Source of the DNA: Eledone cirrhosa
Taxonomy: Eukaryota
Reading direction: 5' to 3'
Assembly (NCBI GenBank): GCA_964016885.1
Contig: OZ024751.1
Coordinates: 40,548,001 to 40,612,000, forward strand
DNA length: 64,000 nt
A program made the translations under genes and the position numbers. Each line of letters opens with the position of its first letter. The stretch's first letter is position 1. This document shows, piece after piece, positions 38,483 to 53,200 of the stretch. The notes under the pieces were generated by a model that did no database searches, was not told where the DNA came from, and was given only the letters and a program-made list of their open reading frames with translations.

Positions 38483-40073
38483 GAGTACGTTCCTGTCGGG
38501 AGTTATGGTTCTTGGCATATAGCTTCCTTCACTCCCTCTCTGTCTAGGTTATATAATGGAATGGAGTGGGCATCCGTCGGTTTCGACGAATACTGCTCCA
38601 GTTCTATCAAACAAACAGCCAGCTCGAAAACTTTTTGTGTCAAGTGACTTGGAATTTCATAGACGAGTGAAGTCTTAAGTTCTCAGGGAGATTTAGCATG
38701 ATACGACTGGGTTTCTGAATTATAGTTACAGGCAAGGGCCTTGTTTCAGGAGGGTACCAGGGGACAAGCCCCCCCCCCCCCCCCCCACACACACACACTT
38801 TTTCAAACGTCTATTTTTTACTTTTTGTTTATTTGATATAATAAATTCTTTTTAAGCTTTTTTTTTTTATATCTGAACTTCATTTGAATATATAAAATTT
38901 AATTAGCGTAACATTTTACTTATGTGATAGGGTCCGGGAAAGGCACCACAATCAATTTATGCTCCTTTAAGAATCAACAAATCTTGGTTTGTCCCCCTCA
39001 CATTTCTAAGGCAAACGAAGCTCCTGGTTACAGGCCATCTATCCAATCTCAAGTTGTAGGGTCGAACCAGGGACCTAATGATTGCTGAGCGGACTTCTAA
39101 ATCATTCGGTCAGACTGCGGCTTCATACAACGATTAAAGGTAATTTGCAATCTGATTTAGTTTGGTTTTACAAACAAAAAAGAAAAAGTTAATTTAAATC
39201 ACTAATAAGACTGCTTCATATAGATGAAAGTTTATAAATACTGTGGGTGATAGCGAGACTAAGATCCTGGAATAGCCAATCTACCTCATGGGGAACATTG
39301 CCAGTAAGGTGAGTCGCTACCATTTCATTGACTCAGCTCCACTCTTGAATCATATAGGTTGAAAACTGTTTATAGACAAACTCACCGTCGTTCAGAGGTT
39401 TATCATGTTCGCAAGGTTGTCAACTAACTTTTATGAAAATACTAGCTGAATTCTATTGTAAATGTTGAGAAGAAATTGCAGAAATATTGGGAAAATACTA
39501 CAAATAAATTAGCATAAATTACAATAGGTGCTTTATAGTTTTGAGCTAATTTTGAATTAGTTGGTAACATTTGTAACCTCAAGCAGTTAGAGGACGCTAT
39601 TATAACTGTTCATGGTTTGATAAGCTTTCTCCATACTGGAACTCTACAATTTCACCTGCTATAATCCTTCTATATCAATGTGGAAGTTAAAAGGCGATGA
39701 CAATAAAAGAGAAGAGGCAGGTGTAACATAACGATATTAGTTTTTAAAATATGAATGTAAAATAAATACAAATATACATATATGTAGTTAACTGACACTA
39801 TAAATTTTATTGATTCAAGAAACATAGTTCGTTAATGTAAATTAACAGCTTTAAAACTTTTTAAAAAAATGTTCATGCAAATACTGATGCATAAAGATAC
39901 AAGGGTACACACACTCATATATAAATGTCACAGAAACATGGAATGAAAGGTATCAATCTTAATATACCGAAACCGAAACCGAAACCGTAGTGATTTCCAG
40001 AGGTTGACTGAGGAGATGGGACTATCCATTTTTTCCGTTGTTTTTTTCCATTACCTTTGCCCTGTGCGCCTCT

Positions 40074-40123
<50 letters not shown>

Positions 40124-40264
40124 CGGTAATATCCGTAGTGGTAGATGGTAGAGCACTCAGCTCGGACTAGCTGAAGATCCGCATAAGGTGAAACAACTGT
40201 TCTCGGTATGGTGAACTAACTGTTGTTACTACTCAAACACACACACACACATATATATATATAT

Positions 40265-41415
40265 AAGGAATTTGTCCTCAACGTATGATTTAAGGTATAG
40301 ACAGACAATATATATATATGGCTATATGATTTCACCGTCGATGGCAGAGAGGCAATGCATAGAAAGTTTATAGAAATTTTACCTTAATGTAATCTCTGCT
40401 GTATAGAGGCAATACATATATAGATTATAAGACTTTGCTGCCAGTGTATACTTTAAGGTCCCCCTCCCATTTTCACATGGAAATTTCTTTCCACCACCCA
40501 CCTGTATAGTAAATATTTAAAAGCACACCAAAAATGTTTGATAAAAGTTTGTTATTGGTTCGTTTTTCAAATTGAGCCTCCTATTTGTTTTCCATACAGG
40601 TTCTATGAATATTTTTTTCAGGTAGAATTTGTTGAAATACTTTCTTTATACTCTTCTTAATACTCAAAATCTTATATCGTCCACCAAAATTTCCAATCAC
40701 CCACCATTTTCTGTTCAGTTGCTCATCACCCACCCAACAGTTGAAACGACCCAGATTGGGAAACCTGCTTTAAGGTATAGAGTCAATATATAGAAAAATT
40801 GTATGAATTTACCATCAATGTATGCTTTCAGGTATACAGGTAATATAGTAATATATAGAATTATTTTAGGAATTCCCCCCCCCCCCCCCCCAAGAGGAAA
40901 TATAAAGAATGATTATAGGAATTTACGATTAATGTATACTTTAAGGTAATGAAGCAATATATATGGAAGGATTATAGTATCGGTAGAGCGTCGGACAACA
41001 TGCCTTGTGGCATATAGTTACCACCCTTTACGTTCTGAGTTTAGATACTACCGAGGTTAGCTTTGTCTTTCATACTTTCTGGGTCGATAAAATGAAGTAC
41101 CACTAACGTACTGAGGTCGATTTAATCGTCTTCCCCCGCCCCACCCCCACAATTGTTGGCCTTGTGCTAAATCAGAAACCGGAGTAAGAATTCGTCGTCA
41201 ATGTATGCTAAAGCAGAGAGGCAATGTATAGAACGATTATAGGAATTTACCAAGAATTACTGAAAGTTTATGTCAATATATGTTATGTTTTAATGTATAA
41301 AGGCAATACATAAAAGGATTATAGAAATTTGGCGTTAATTTATGCTTTTAAAGCGTAGAGCTAATATATAGAAGAATTATAGGAGTTTCCCTCTAATATA
41401 TGCTTTAAGGCAGGG
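40265..41415. repeat. Old degenerate satellite of about 55-60 bp upstream of the MYB promoter
   Basis: Recurrent AGGAATTTACC..AATGTATGCTTTAAGGTATAGAGGCAATATATAGAAGATTAT units, interrupted by a MITE and a SINE. Confidence 0.7.
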
Positions 41416-41440
41416 AAGCAAAGAGTGACAAGAGTCAAGA

Positions 41441-41475
41441 CTGACGTATGACGTCATCGCCAATCAGCGCGCAAT
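41441..41475 (+). promoter_or_regulatory. MYB promoter: CRE and CCAAT box
   Basis: TGACG half-site at 41442, full TGACGTCA at 41449-41456 and CCAAT at 41460-41464, in a local CpG cluster about 220 nt upstream of the ATG. Confidence 0.55.
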
Positions 41476-41680
41476 TACAACAGAAAGCGCGGAATACAGT
41501 CTCCGCCATGATATGGTTGCTTTTTACCTATGTTTATTTCATTTAAACATCATCTCTCTCTCGGCAATTTATTCCGGCTTATGATTAATTTAATTGACAT
41601 TAGATATATTTCTATCACATTTAATAAATAATTGAATCTTTACTTGTATCTTGTTATGGAAATACAATTGATTAATCGTA

Positions 41681-44600
41681 ATGAGTGAGCCTCATAAAAT
41701 TGGGTGAGTTTCTGTAAATTATTTTCGTCTACTTTTGTATTAATGAAGAATAAACTTTAAATGTTTATTGTTCATATTTAATGTCTTTTTTTATTGCATA
41801 TATTTAAAAGGTACCTTTTCAGATTTCATTTATTTGTTAAAATATATGAAGATGAAGGATAGATTAGGTTGTTTTTGAGGGCGATCAGACAGAGGTATTC
41901 TGTCTGACGACAAATCTCTCGACAAACCATTATTATATTTCTGCTTATGTTTATATTTCGATTGACATTACATTTATATCTATATGACATTTACTAAATA
42001 TTGAATTGTTATTTGTATGTTATGATGGAAATAAAATCGATTAATTATACGATCAATCGTAATGAGTGAACATAATAAAATTGAGTTTCTGTAAAATTCT
42101 TTCTTTTTTATTTGTATTCTAATGAAAGTTAATGATTTCTTGAGACTTAACTTTATTTAAAAGTTTATTCTTGGTATTTTGAAGAGTTCATTAATATATT
42201 TATTTAGAATATGTTCATATTTCATTTATTTGTTAGTATATACGATCTGATCTCTTTTATCTCAGATAAACGACTGTATTTTAGAGGGAGAATCTAAGGT
42301 GTTATATTTTATAAAGTAGCAATCAGCTTGAGATTCATTAAACAGCTGTTTAAATGAATATTTTATAAATTTACTTATATAAAATATTACACATCTAATT
42401 TACTAATATTTATATATTTAACATTTTTTAAAAAAAGATTCATTTCTTTTGTCATCGAAACGAAATACTTGCTTAAATGCAATCATTAGTTTTTTTCATC
42501 TTGAACAATAACCTTTATCAACAAGTTTATTTCTTTTATATATATTTTAATATCTAAGTGAAATTTATTTTCTATTGCAACAATGCATGTTTTGAGGCAT
42601 CAATATCGGGATTTAATGACATTTTTTTAACGTTTTTGTGGCGTTTGTTGATATAATATCTGGCGTTTGGTTAAAATGATTTTTTAAGTTAAATGCGAAT
42701 TTAAAGTTTAAAGTATTGTAATTAAAGATGGATATAAGATTAATTGAACAATTTGTAATGTAAATGATCTTTACCACGTGTTATTAGTGACATAAATATA
42801 CTTAAAAAAAGAATTATTTAAATGTGAATACCTATAATGGCGTCGATCGCGGTACCAACAGGTATGTCGAACTGGCGATCATGATTAGGTCGTGGGTTCG
42901 ATTCCTAGACCGACCAAGCAAGACGCTTCATTTCACGTTACCCCAGTCCACTCAGCTGGAAAAATAACATGAGTTAACCCTTACAATGTATTGGCTTCCG
43001 ATCCAGTGTGGGTCTTTCCATGATAGGACTGGATGGCCCTCTGTCATTAGGCCACACACCTTCACATTTCACATAGATATACTTTGATAATTGTTTCGGC
43101 GATATTTACTCGTCTATACAAAAGCATTTACTATTTATTTTTATTTCCAGGTATATATATATATATATCACGATGATGATGATATATATATAAGTATTAA
43201 TGAAGAATTTGGTATGTTTATTTTCCAGAGGCAGTAATTTACAGTCATTGAAAATTGAGGATGACACGGACTCTGAGGTATTGGATCATGAGTATAATAT
43301 ATTTAGTTCCGGTAATAAAGTAATAAATAAAGGACGATGGACTAAGGATGAGGTAAATTATAAAACATTTTCTTCTTTCTTTAATGTTTAGGATCCATTT
43401 TACCCAGGTAGGGCGTGAGAGGGAGGGTTTTTGTAACTTGAACTTTTGGATATTGTTGGAGCAATTATTTTTACTTCTAGATGTCCTTCCTTCCATTAAC
43501 CACTTAAGAAATTAATTTTCTCGTTTTCTTATGTAAAACAAAGGTGTGAGATGACCCTTCAGTTACATCAAGGGCATCACAACTTCTCTGGTGCTGGTGC
43601 CATGATAAAGTGCACTCAAAACACACTGTAGAGGAGTCGGTATTTAAAAGGGCATCCAGCAGTCGAAACCACAGCAAAGTGGTGAAAAGACTGTGCAATC
43701 AGTTCCCGTATGAACAAGACAAGACTGCCCACAACAGGACAACCCGTCTAACCCATGCTAGCGAGGAAGAATGAACGTAAAATGGTGATGATGATGAATC
43801 ACTTTAAGGACAATACATCTTCCTCTTGTGCTGGTACCATAAAAGGCACCCTGTACACTCTGTAAAGTGGTTGATGTTAGGAAGGAACTCTACTGTAGAA
43901 ACCATGTCAAACAAAGGACTGTTCAGTCACATCAAGGACATCACAATCTCCCTAGTGCTGGTGCTGTGATAAAATGCACTCAGTACACTCTGTAAGGTGG
44001 TTTGTGTTAGGAAGGGTATCCAGCTGTAGAAACAATGGCAATACTGGAATATATGTAAGCAAGATGTGTACTCTCCCTCCCAGGACAGTAGTTCCGACTT
44101 TAAATACCTAATTGGTCTCTAATGATCTAGCCAACCACACCAGCATGGAAAAATGCATATAATGATGATGATGATGATAAGGCAGACTGACCCTTAAGCT
44201 TCATTTATGGTGGTGGTGACATGTGGATTAGATTTACTTCTATAAGCATGATTAGTAAGAAAATGAAAACATTTAAACCGGCCATATCCAGCCAGACTTC
44301 GCTCACCTCTTTCTGTTCAAAAGGGGTCATACTTATGTTAAGGTATTGTTCTCAAAATAAATAATAGATTCGATATTGTATGAGATAATTATGTGAGATA
44401 AAGTGTTTAACATGAAAACATAATGGTAAATATAGAGTAATGTAAATGCTAAAGGTTAAACACACGAAGAAATAAACATTCAAGTGTTTAAAGAAATAAT
44501 AATTTACATTGTAATGCTAAATTTATTCAATTTTCTTTCAATGTATTATTTTCTATCAAATATTCTATATGGAAAGTTTATATATAAGTAATATAGGCAA

Positions 44601-47600
44601 TGTTGTCTGATATAACCAGTGGTGGCCCTAGGTGGGTTGATATCGAAAGTATTGTTGTTTGATATGTATGTATTGTTGTGACATGAAATATATAATTTTT
44701 TTTTTTACTGTTTCATTGTTTAGGACAATCTCCTTCGCGAAGTTGTTGGACAACATGGACTTAGTGACTGGAAGTTAATTGCTGGCTATTTACCTGACCG
44801 TACCTGCGTACAATGTCAGCATCGTTGGTTGAAAGTCTTAAATCCTGAACTGGTGAAGGGGCCATGGACGAAAGAGGTTAGCTGTTATTTGAATTGTTAT
44901 GAAATTTTACATTTTCGAACACCTGAAAAGTACCCACTTGACCCTTTAAGGTTAGTTCTGGTGCCACGATGAAAAGCACTCTTGTTTTTCATTGTGAGAG
45001 GGTAGTGCTGGTGCAATGACAAAAAGCACCCAGCCCTCTCTGTGAGGTGGTAGTGCTGTTGCCATGACAAAAAACACCCAATCCACCCTGTAAGATGGTA
45101 AAGATTATTTTGAAACAAAAAAAATGATATACAGGATAAAAAACATTACAAAGTACATACATAGCATTTAAAAATTACATAAAAAAATTAACAGCTGTAT
45201 GTGAGGAAGGTGGCTATATCTATCTTGCATATATACTTTGCTTTCGGTCTCTGTAACTTTTTTCTTTTTAAGATACAAAATGATATTGGTAATAAAATAG
45301 ATTATTTCTATTTTCTATAGGAAGACGAGAAAGTCCTTCAGTTAGTGAGTGTGTATGGTCCCAAACGGTGGACTCATATTTCTAAACAGCTGAAGGGTAG
45401 AACAGGAAAACAGTGTAGAGAAAGGTGAGTTCATTTATTCTTTTACTGGTTTCAGTCATTAGACTGGGCCTCAGTACTTAAGCTTTTCAAATCTCAGGAC
45501 CTGTTTTATTAACCTTTTTTATTTTTTGTTGAACCACTAGTTTACAGAACATAAACACATATATATTGTTATAATATTCCTAATGAAAGGCACTGCCTAT
45601 GATTTTATAATAATTTTGAAAAACAATACAAAATTTGGTGGGATTTAGTAATGTAATGTTCTTCTTAATAAGCTGGTGGAAGGTTGGTTTGATAAATATA
45701 AGCATTTTAATATAAAGAGTTTTGTATTATAGGACTGGTGGGGCTTTCAGGTGGTTTGGTATTGAGAGGGGTAAATACTTGGGTTAAACATTTGATGAAA
45801 TATTTGTTTCCTTCATCTCCAGATGGCACAACCATCTCAATCCTGCGATCAAGAAAACTGCTTGGACTGAAGAAGAAGACAGCATTATTTATCGGTTGCA
45901 TAAAACCCATGGTAATCGGTGGGCGGAAATTGCTAAGAATCTACCTGGAAGGTAAGCAATCATTTTTTTTATCCTTCTTGTTCCTCTGCAGTTTTCTTCA
46001 GCTCCTCATTTTTAGTAATTTCCCCCACACTGTCTTCTTTAAACATGTCCACAAGACCTTCTTAGTCACCAACTTATTCTTGAGAGGGTCATGAGGGCAG
46101 ATTCCTCAAATACTCCTTCCAGCGGGTCCTTTAAATATTAAAAGCCTGTGATTGTTATTTCTTATTTACAGAACAGACAATGCCATAAAGAACCATTGGA
46201 ATTCCACTATGAAGAAGAAATATGAATCCATCGATGACCAAAAAAGTAGCTGTCCTCTTGTGTACAATCATCCATACACACCAAGTACTTCAGAGAATAT
46301 GACCAATCTACACCCAGTAAGGCTCTTTAAAAATCAAGTGAGTACTTCAATTTTCTCTCTCTTGTGTGATTAATACTGAAGAAGTTTATCTTTTACCTAT
46401 TTTGTTACCATATTTCTAACGAAAGACACTGCCTATGATATTCAAATAATTTTGAAAATAATCTAATTGATGCTGTCATAGGCTTGTTTTATACTTCTCA
46501 AGATGTCTTGCTTATATGGTACAGGACTTTAAGAGTTAATCTGGTGTTATAAACACTGTAACAAAGTTTCTTATAAAATATGTTATTGGAGACTTTTGCT
46601 AACATATTTCTAATAAAACCCTGCCTATGATTTTTAAATAATTCTTGCTTATTTTTATGTAATTTTATCCTAGAAATATATTTGAGAATTTTGAAAATAA
46701 TCAAATATTTGGAAGTATTTAGTAATAAAACAAACTTTCTCATCAGTTTTAGTTTAGAACCCTTATTAACACTTTTGATATGAAATTACCTGAAACCAGT
46801 ATAAACTGTGAAAATCATTTGTTTCTTCTGTTTACTTCCAGGGCTCAAGAACTGGTCACATTTTAAGAAATCTAAAGCCCAGTAGTTTAACACATGGTAA
46901 AATTATTTTTCTCTTTCTCTCTAATTTGTTAATACAGGGTGAGCCAAATGTAATGAAGGGGACAGCATATTGCGATCTGTGTGCATAATTTGGTGGCTTC
47001 AGCTTATGTACCAACTGCATTTTATACAGAAATGGGTTAAAAGTTTAAAGAATACACTAAAGTGGCGTCTGAAAAACTCCAGCCTGCCAGCACCACTTTG
47101 GAGTTAATGTGCTTGGGTCTTCTGTAACACTCTCTCTTATACACTTAGATAAGTTAAAGTCTGTCTCAAGCCCGGAGGTGCTTAACCCCGGTGTCCTTGG
47201 CATTAAACAACTGAGAGTACGATACTCTCCCAGGACAGGATGCCTGTCTATCGCAGGTTTAACTTACCAGCTATTGCTGTTACTCATCTGGAGCAATGTA
47301 AAATAAAGTGTTTTGCTCAAGAACACAACACACAACCTGGTCCAGGAATTGAACCGATGACATTACAATCCTACATGTAGCATCCTAACCATAGGCCATG
47401 TGCCTTCACATTTATACACTTAACTATGACATTGTTCCTAACTAAGCAAGGTCTGCCTGCTTGTGGAAGGTTACTTATTGAACCCTGAACCTTAAAACAC
47501 CAACTAAACCTCTAATTATTGATTCATTGGTGATGTTATGCTCATTGAGTCAGAATTATTGATCCTTGCTTTTGATAGGAAAATTTGTGTTCATTGTTCG

Positions 47601-48070
47601 ATTTTGAAGTTTTCCACAGTTGATCTCTAAAGTTGTCCATAAAATCTGTAAAAGGCAAATACAAAAAATGGAATTAAAAAAGTTTTAATTAAAATTTTGG
47701 ACTCTTTTTAATTTTTGGTCCACTCTGTAGTTTAAGTGTTCATTACATACCAGTTATGAAATGATATCATGTTAAGGTTGTTTGTTTATCTGTACATGGG
47801 GATTAAATATTTCTGATGGTTATTTTTATTTTTATTTCTAGTTATGGACAATTGTGATATCAATTTAAAAGCACAAGCTACTCCAGAACCTGACATAAAC
47901 AAGAAAAATGCTGTTATATGGTAAATATATTTTGTTTTTACTGCTTTCAGTCCATGCCTTACAGCGATTTAGTTTATCATATTGACCCCACTATTTATTT
48001 TTGGAGGTCTTGGACATAAACACAAGGACACATACATATAGGCAAAAATATGCACCCAGCCAACCCTATG

Positions 48071-48104
<34 letters not shown>

Positions 48105-49297
48105 TACCCATATATAGATTTGTTTTTCAATGTATTTAAATCATTTAATGAAATAATGTTGCTTTTATTTTCCAGTTCTTCTGATACCAGTAATTGTACC
48201 GAAGACATGGACAGTGGGCTGTTAGATTTCAACTCCTTAGACCTGAATGATGTGACAGACGATAATACAAGTATCACGCCCATTAAGTTCACAGCTTTGA
48301 ATAAAAAAGGTAAAATATTTAAGGCAGTAAGTACTCCATCATAGTCGCAGTCTAAAGATAGAAACCAGTAAAAAAGAAAAAGATTATTGTTATTGTTAGC
48401 ATTTAGTGTGAAGAGGAGTAGTACCACGATCAACATTTACAGTACAGTCTATAAAGTGGTTGGTGATAGGAAGGGCATCCAGCTGTAGAAACAAGCCGTT
48501 TGAGATGACCCTTCAGTTGTGTTAAGGATGTGACAGCCTCCCTTATACTAGTACCATAATAGAAAGCACCCAGTATGCTCTGTAAAGTGGTTGGTTTTAG
48601 AAAATGTACCTGCTGTAGAAAACTTGCCAAACAGGGTTGCAATGATTTTTCACTTATGTTAAGGACATGACAACTTCTGTAGTACCAGTGTCACAATAAA
48701 GTACACTCAACACACTACAAAATGGTTGAGGATATAAAGGGCATCCAATTGTAGAAACCATGTTGAAACTTAGAATATATGTAAGGGTGACTTGATCCCT
48801 TTCTTGTCTGGGTAGACAGTAGCTTGGGTTAAGTACTGACTTGGTTTGAATGCCATCATGAATAGACGTGAAATGGTGATAAGTTCTGCTGCTCTTAATT
48901 AGAGTGACAGGAATAACTCAGTTATGTTAACTATTAAACCCTTTCACCAGTTTTTGTATTGTAAAACAAGGGTCAGTTTTAGGTGGTTTGGTATCAAAAG
49001 GGTTAAAATTGTTTTGTTCTTTTAAGCAGATCTTCGATTTGATGGCAGAGCAATTGATAAACTGAAATCCCCTGGACGTTTGATCCCAATTGTTTCGAAA
49101 GTGGCTTCCAAACTCTCTACACCTCCGACTATACTTCGCAGAGGGAAACATCAGAAAAAGGTAATTGTTTTAACCCTTTTATGGCTGAATACACAAGAAG
49201 AATACACTGCCTTTTGTTATTTATAAAACGATGATGAAAATATAATGTATGTATATATTATTATCATCACCGTTTAATGTCCATTTTTTTCAAGCTA

Positions 49298-49336
<39 letters not shown>

Positions 49337-49445
49337 CATTATAAAATGTATATATATAAAATGTATATTTATAAAACGATGATGAAAATATAATGTATGT
49401 ATATATTATTATCATCACCGTTTAATGTCCATTTTTTTCAAGCTA

Positions 49446-49480
<35 letters not shown>

Positions 49481-50014
49481 CATTATAAAATGTATATATA
49501 TAAAATGAATGTATCAGAGAATTTTTGAATTTTTGTCTGTCATAAACAAACTAGTCTGATTCAGGGTTTAATATTCCTGTTTTTCCAGCAATGTTACACA
49601 GGTTCGTTGTCGGTATCTTATCAGTTCAGTGACGATGACATGAAGGAAGAGATGAACCAATACCTTCCAAAGTCGAAGGAGAAATGCAGAGAATTTGAAT
49701 CTCCTCCGCTGGGCAGTTGTCTGGCAAAGGAGTCCAGTTCTGAATCTTACATGCCGCCTCAACACAAAACCTCGTCTCCAGCAATAGAGAAAATTATTCA
49801 TATCAAAGAGGAGCCATCGGAACCTCCTGAAAGTTTCATCAACAACGCACAGGAAGTAATTAAAAAAGTGGACGACATGGTTTTAGATAATGATTTTGAT
49901 TTTGAAAATTTTAACCCTTTACTGGGCTTACCGCAGAAAGATGTGAACAGAACACCAAGTGTGACACCCATAAAGAATCTTCCCTTTTCACCTTCACAGG
50001 TGAGTATAAAGAAA

Positions 50015-50056
<42 letters not shown>

Positions 50057-50253
50057 TTATTATAGAAAAGCTTCTACAGGACTAGAACTGTTTCATTCAT
50101 GAGAAATCATCAGGAAGCTGACTGTCCAAGTAATATGGTGGTATTTATATCTTTTCTGGTGATTGGGATGGGTGGAGGTCATTGGTTGATGGGTTTAAAG
50201 AAAAGGGAATTCTTTAAAGGCTGTGGTTACCCCCGATTGAACCCGGGATAAAC

Positions 50254-50285
<32 letters not shown>

Positions 50286-53200
50286 ACATATATACACATA
50301 TATACACAGACATACATACACATATATATATAATTTAAAAAATGACAAAGCAAGGAGATACAAAAAAAAAAGTTTTATTAGTTTCATGTTTTGAAGGAAA
50401 GAAAGAAAAAAAAAGGTTTGATGTATCAGACATTAGTCCTTCATCAGGAATACAAGAGTGTGTGTGTTGGTTTTAACTTTTTTGTGTGTATCTTATATGT
50501 TGGTTGAGTGGTCTATGCATTGTTTGTGATGGTGTCTAAGTGTGTCTGGCTATGTTAACATTTTATGTGTGTATGGTTTGTCTGTATCAGATACAAGAAA
50601 TTATTTGTTCATTATGTGGCAATTTTTGCCTCTTAAATTTCACCCACAAGGCATTATAGAAGACACTTGCCCAAAGTGCCATGAAATGGGGCTGATCTTG
50701 AAACCATGTGGTTGCAAAGTGAACCCCTTAACCACACAGCCATGTCTAACTTCTTAACCACACATCTATACCTGTGACTTCTTAATGACACATCTATTTC
50801 TGTGACTTCTTAATGACACTTCTATACCTGTGACTTCTTAATCACACAGCCATATCTGTAACTCCTTAACTACACAGCCATACTTACACCTTCTTAACCA
50901 TATAGCCATAACTTTTTTCACTGAACATTTTTTTTGTTTTAAGTTCTTCAAAAAAATTAATTCCATTTTTCTCTATTATCAAATTCTCCAGTTTCTCAAT
51001 AGCCCAGATCCATTCTTTAACCGGAAAGTGATTTCGACCCCTCATGTTAATTCAATGACTCCTAAATCCCGGATTAGCAAACCAGATACTCTTAGTACCC
51101 CTTATCTGAAGCTAAATGAAACGTAAGTAAATGTTTTATAAAACTAATTTACATATTGTATCATCATTTCTTGCACTATCATCATCATCATTTCCTGCAC
51201 TATCATCATCATCGTCTCACTACCACCACCACAAAACCAGATTCAATGTCTTCTTGTCTCTTTTTCTGTCCAGTGAAGGTAAATCTCTTTTGAAGACGCC
51301 AGTTATCTGTAAAGACGTCCTAGATACGAAGCCGCGGACACCAACACCATTTAAAAATGCCTTAGCTGAAATGGAGAAACGTAACGGGCCAATTAAATCT
51401 GTAAGTTTTCTTCTTTATCATCTTTTGAAGATATCTATGTCTGTATTTTTAATCTTGTACTAGTTTCACTCATTAAACTGTGACCATGCTGGAGCACTGC
51501 CTTGAAGAGATTTAGTCTGTCAAATCCGCCCCAGTATTGTCTTATGTGTTACCAGAGCAACTAAAATAGCCTGTTATATATTTACAAAGCAACTAAAATT
51601 GCCTGTTAGATATTTACAAGGCAACTAAAATTGTTTGATATGTTTACCAAAGCAACTAAAGCTGCCTGGTATTACATATATTCATATTTAAATCAAAATA
51701 ACTTGTTCTTGAAGTCTTTTGCTGTGTGAGCGTGCATATATTTGATTATCATTATTTTTTCTTTCTCTTTTAATTAGAACGTTGAACATTTAGACGAATT
51801 GACGGAAATAATTAAAGAAGACACAGGAGGATTATCTCCAATTAATCCTGTAGAGGACAAATTAACTCCCGTATTTCAAAAACGCAAAAGTAAAATTGAG
51901 GTATTTATATATATATCTGTATATCTATCACATTAACCATTTAACCCTTTAGTTACCAACCCAGCCAAAACCGGTTCTGGTTCTATGAAATAAAACCATC
52001 CAATTTAAATTTAAATCTTTCAACATAATTTTATATAAGAACCTTACATTAAGTTACTATCTTAGTAATGAAATAATTAATAATTTTAGTAAATCCCTCA
52101 ACATTCTTCATTAATTAATTAGAATAGGGTGTATTTCATTGGAAATGTCATGAAAGGGTTAACCTTAAAATGGTTGTTAGCCTAGTAGTGTGATATTATT
52201 TGTTAGTATCAGTAGTAAACATTGTATTAGCAATGGTTGTAGTAATAGTATTAGCAGTGGTAATAAATATTGTAGCTGTAATAGTAATATTATTAGCATC
52301 AATAGTAGCAGTAGTAATCAACATTCTACTGTTATCCCATGGCTGTATATATATACATACATATACATATATTTTCTCCTCCTTACAGCCAGCAGAGGGA
52401 GGCAAAAGAGCCCGCCAATCATTGAATGCAAAATGGCACAGTTCTGCAGGATTTGATGATACGTTCTCGTTAATGTCACCAGAAACTCCAGTAAGTATTC
52501 TTCTACACCAATTCAACCGTTATCATTTACCATATCAAAATATCTTATTTAAACCAGGGTTTCCCAACCTTGGTGATTGATTTCAACTGTTAGGTGGGCG
52601 ATGAGCAACTGAAAAGAAATTTTGTTTGCATCAGTTTTTTTCTGCGTCTGCTATTATACTGTAATCTTTTCTTATTAGAGCAAGTCTTTAGTTAGTGATG
52701 ACAGTTTGTTGTTGTCACCTGCATATTTGATGAAAGAATCTTTGGCTGAAGGACAGTTGGAAGGTGTCTGCAGACTGCCGAAATCTCCTCCATTGGTAAG
52801 TTATTTGTCTTTTAAAATAGCTGCTGAAACAAATAACTATACAAAGAGAGAGAAATACGAGGGTCGACTGAAAAAGTCCATAGGTTGACCAAGATACTCT
52901 CATGGAATCACCAGATGATGTTTATTTTTCAACATTGTCCCTTGAAATAAACAATGCTGTTATTAATAAGAAGAGTTGAAATTAATGCATGCAAGATTTT
53001 ACAGCTCTAGCATCCCTCCTTCATAGTCAACCTATGAATTTTTCTGCTCAGCTTCATGTATAGAGGGCGAGCTAGGTTGCACCATAAGGATAAAGCAATT
53101 CAGTAGATCAGAAAGTATGTTCAAGTAAAAGCAGTAAAGAGAAATTTGTTTTATTATTGAAAAAGTCTTATTGCTCCTAAATGTTGGTTATTAGAAACAA

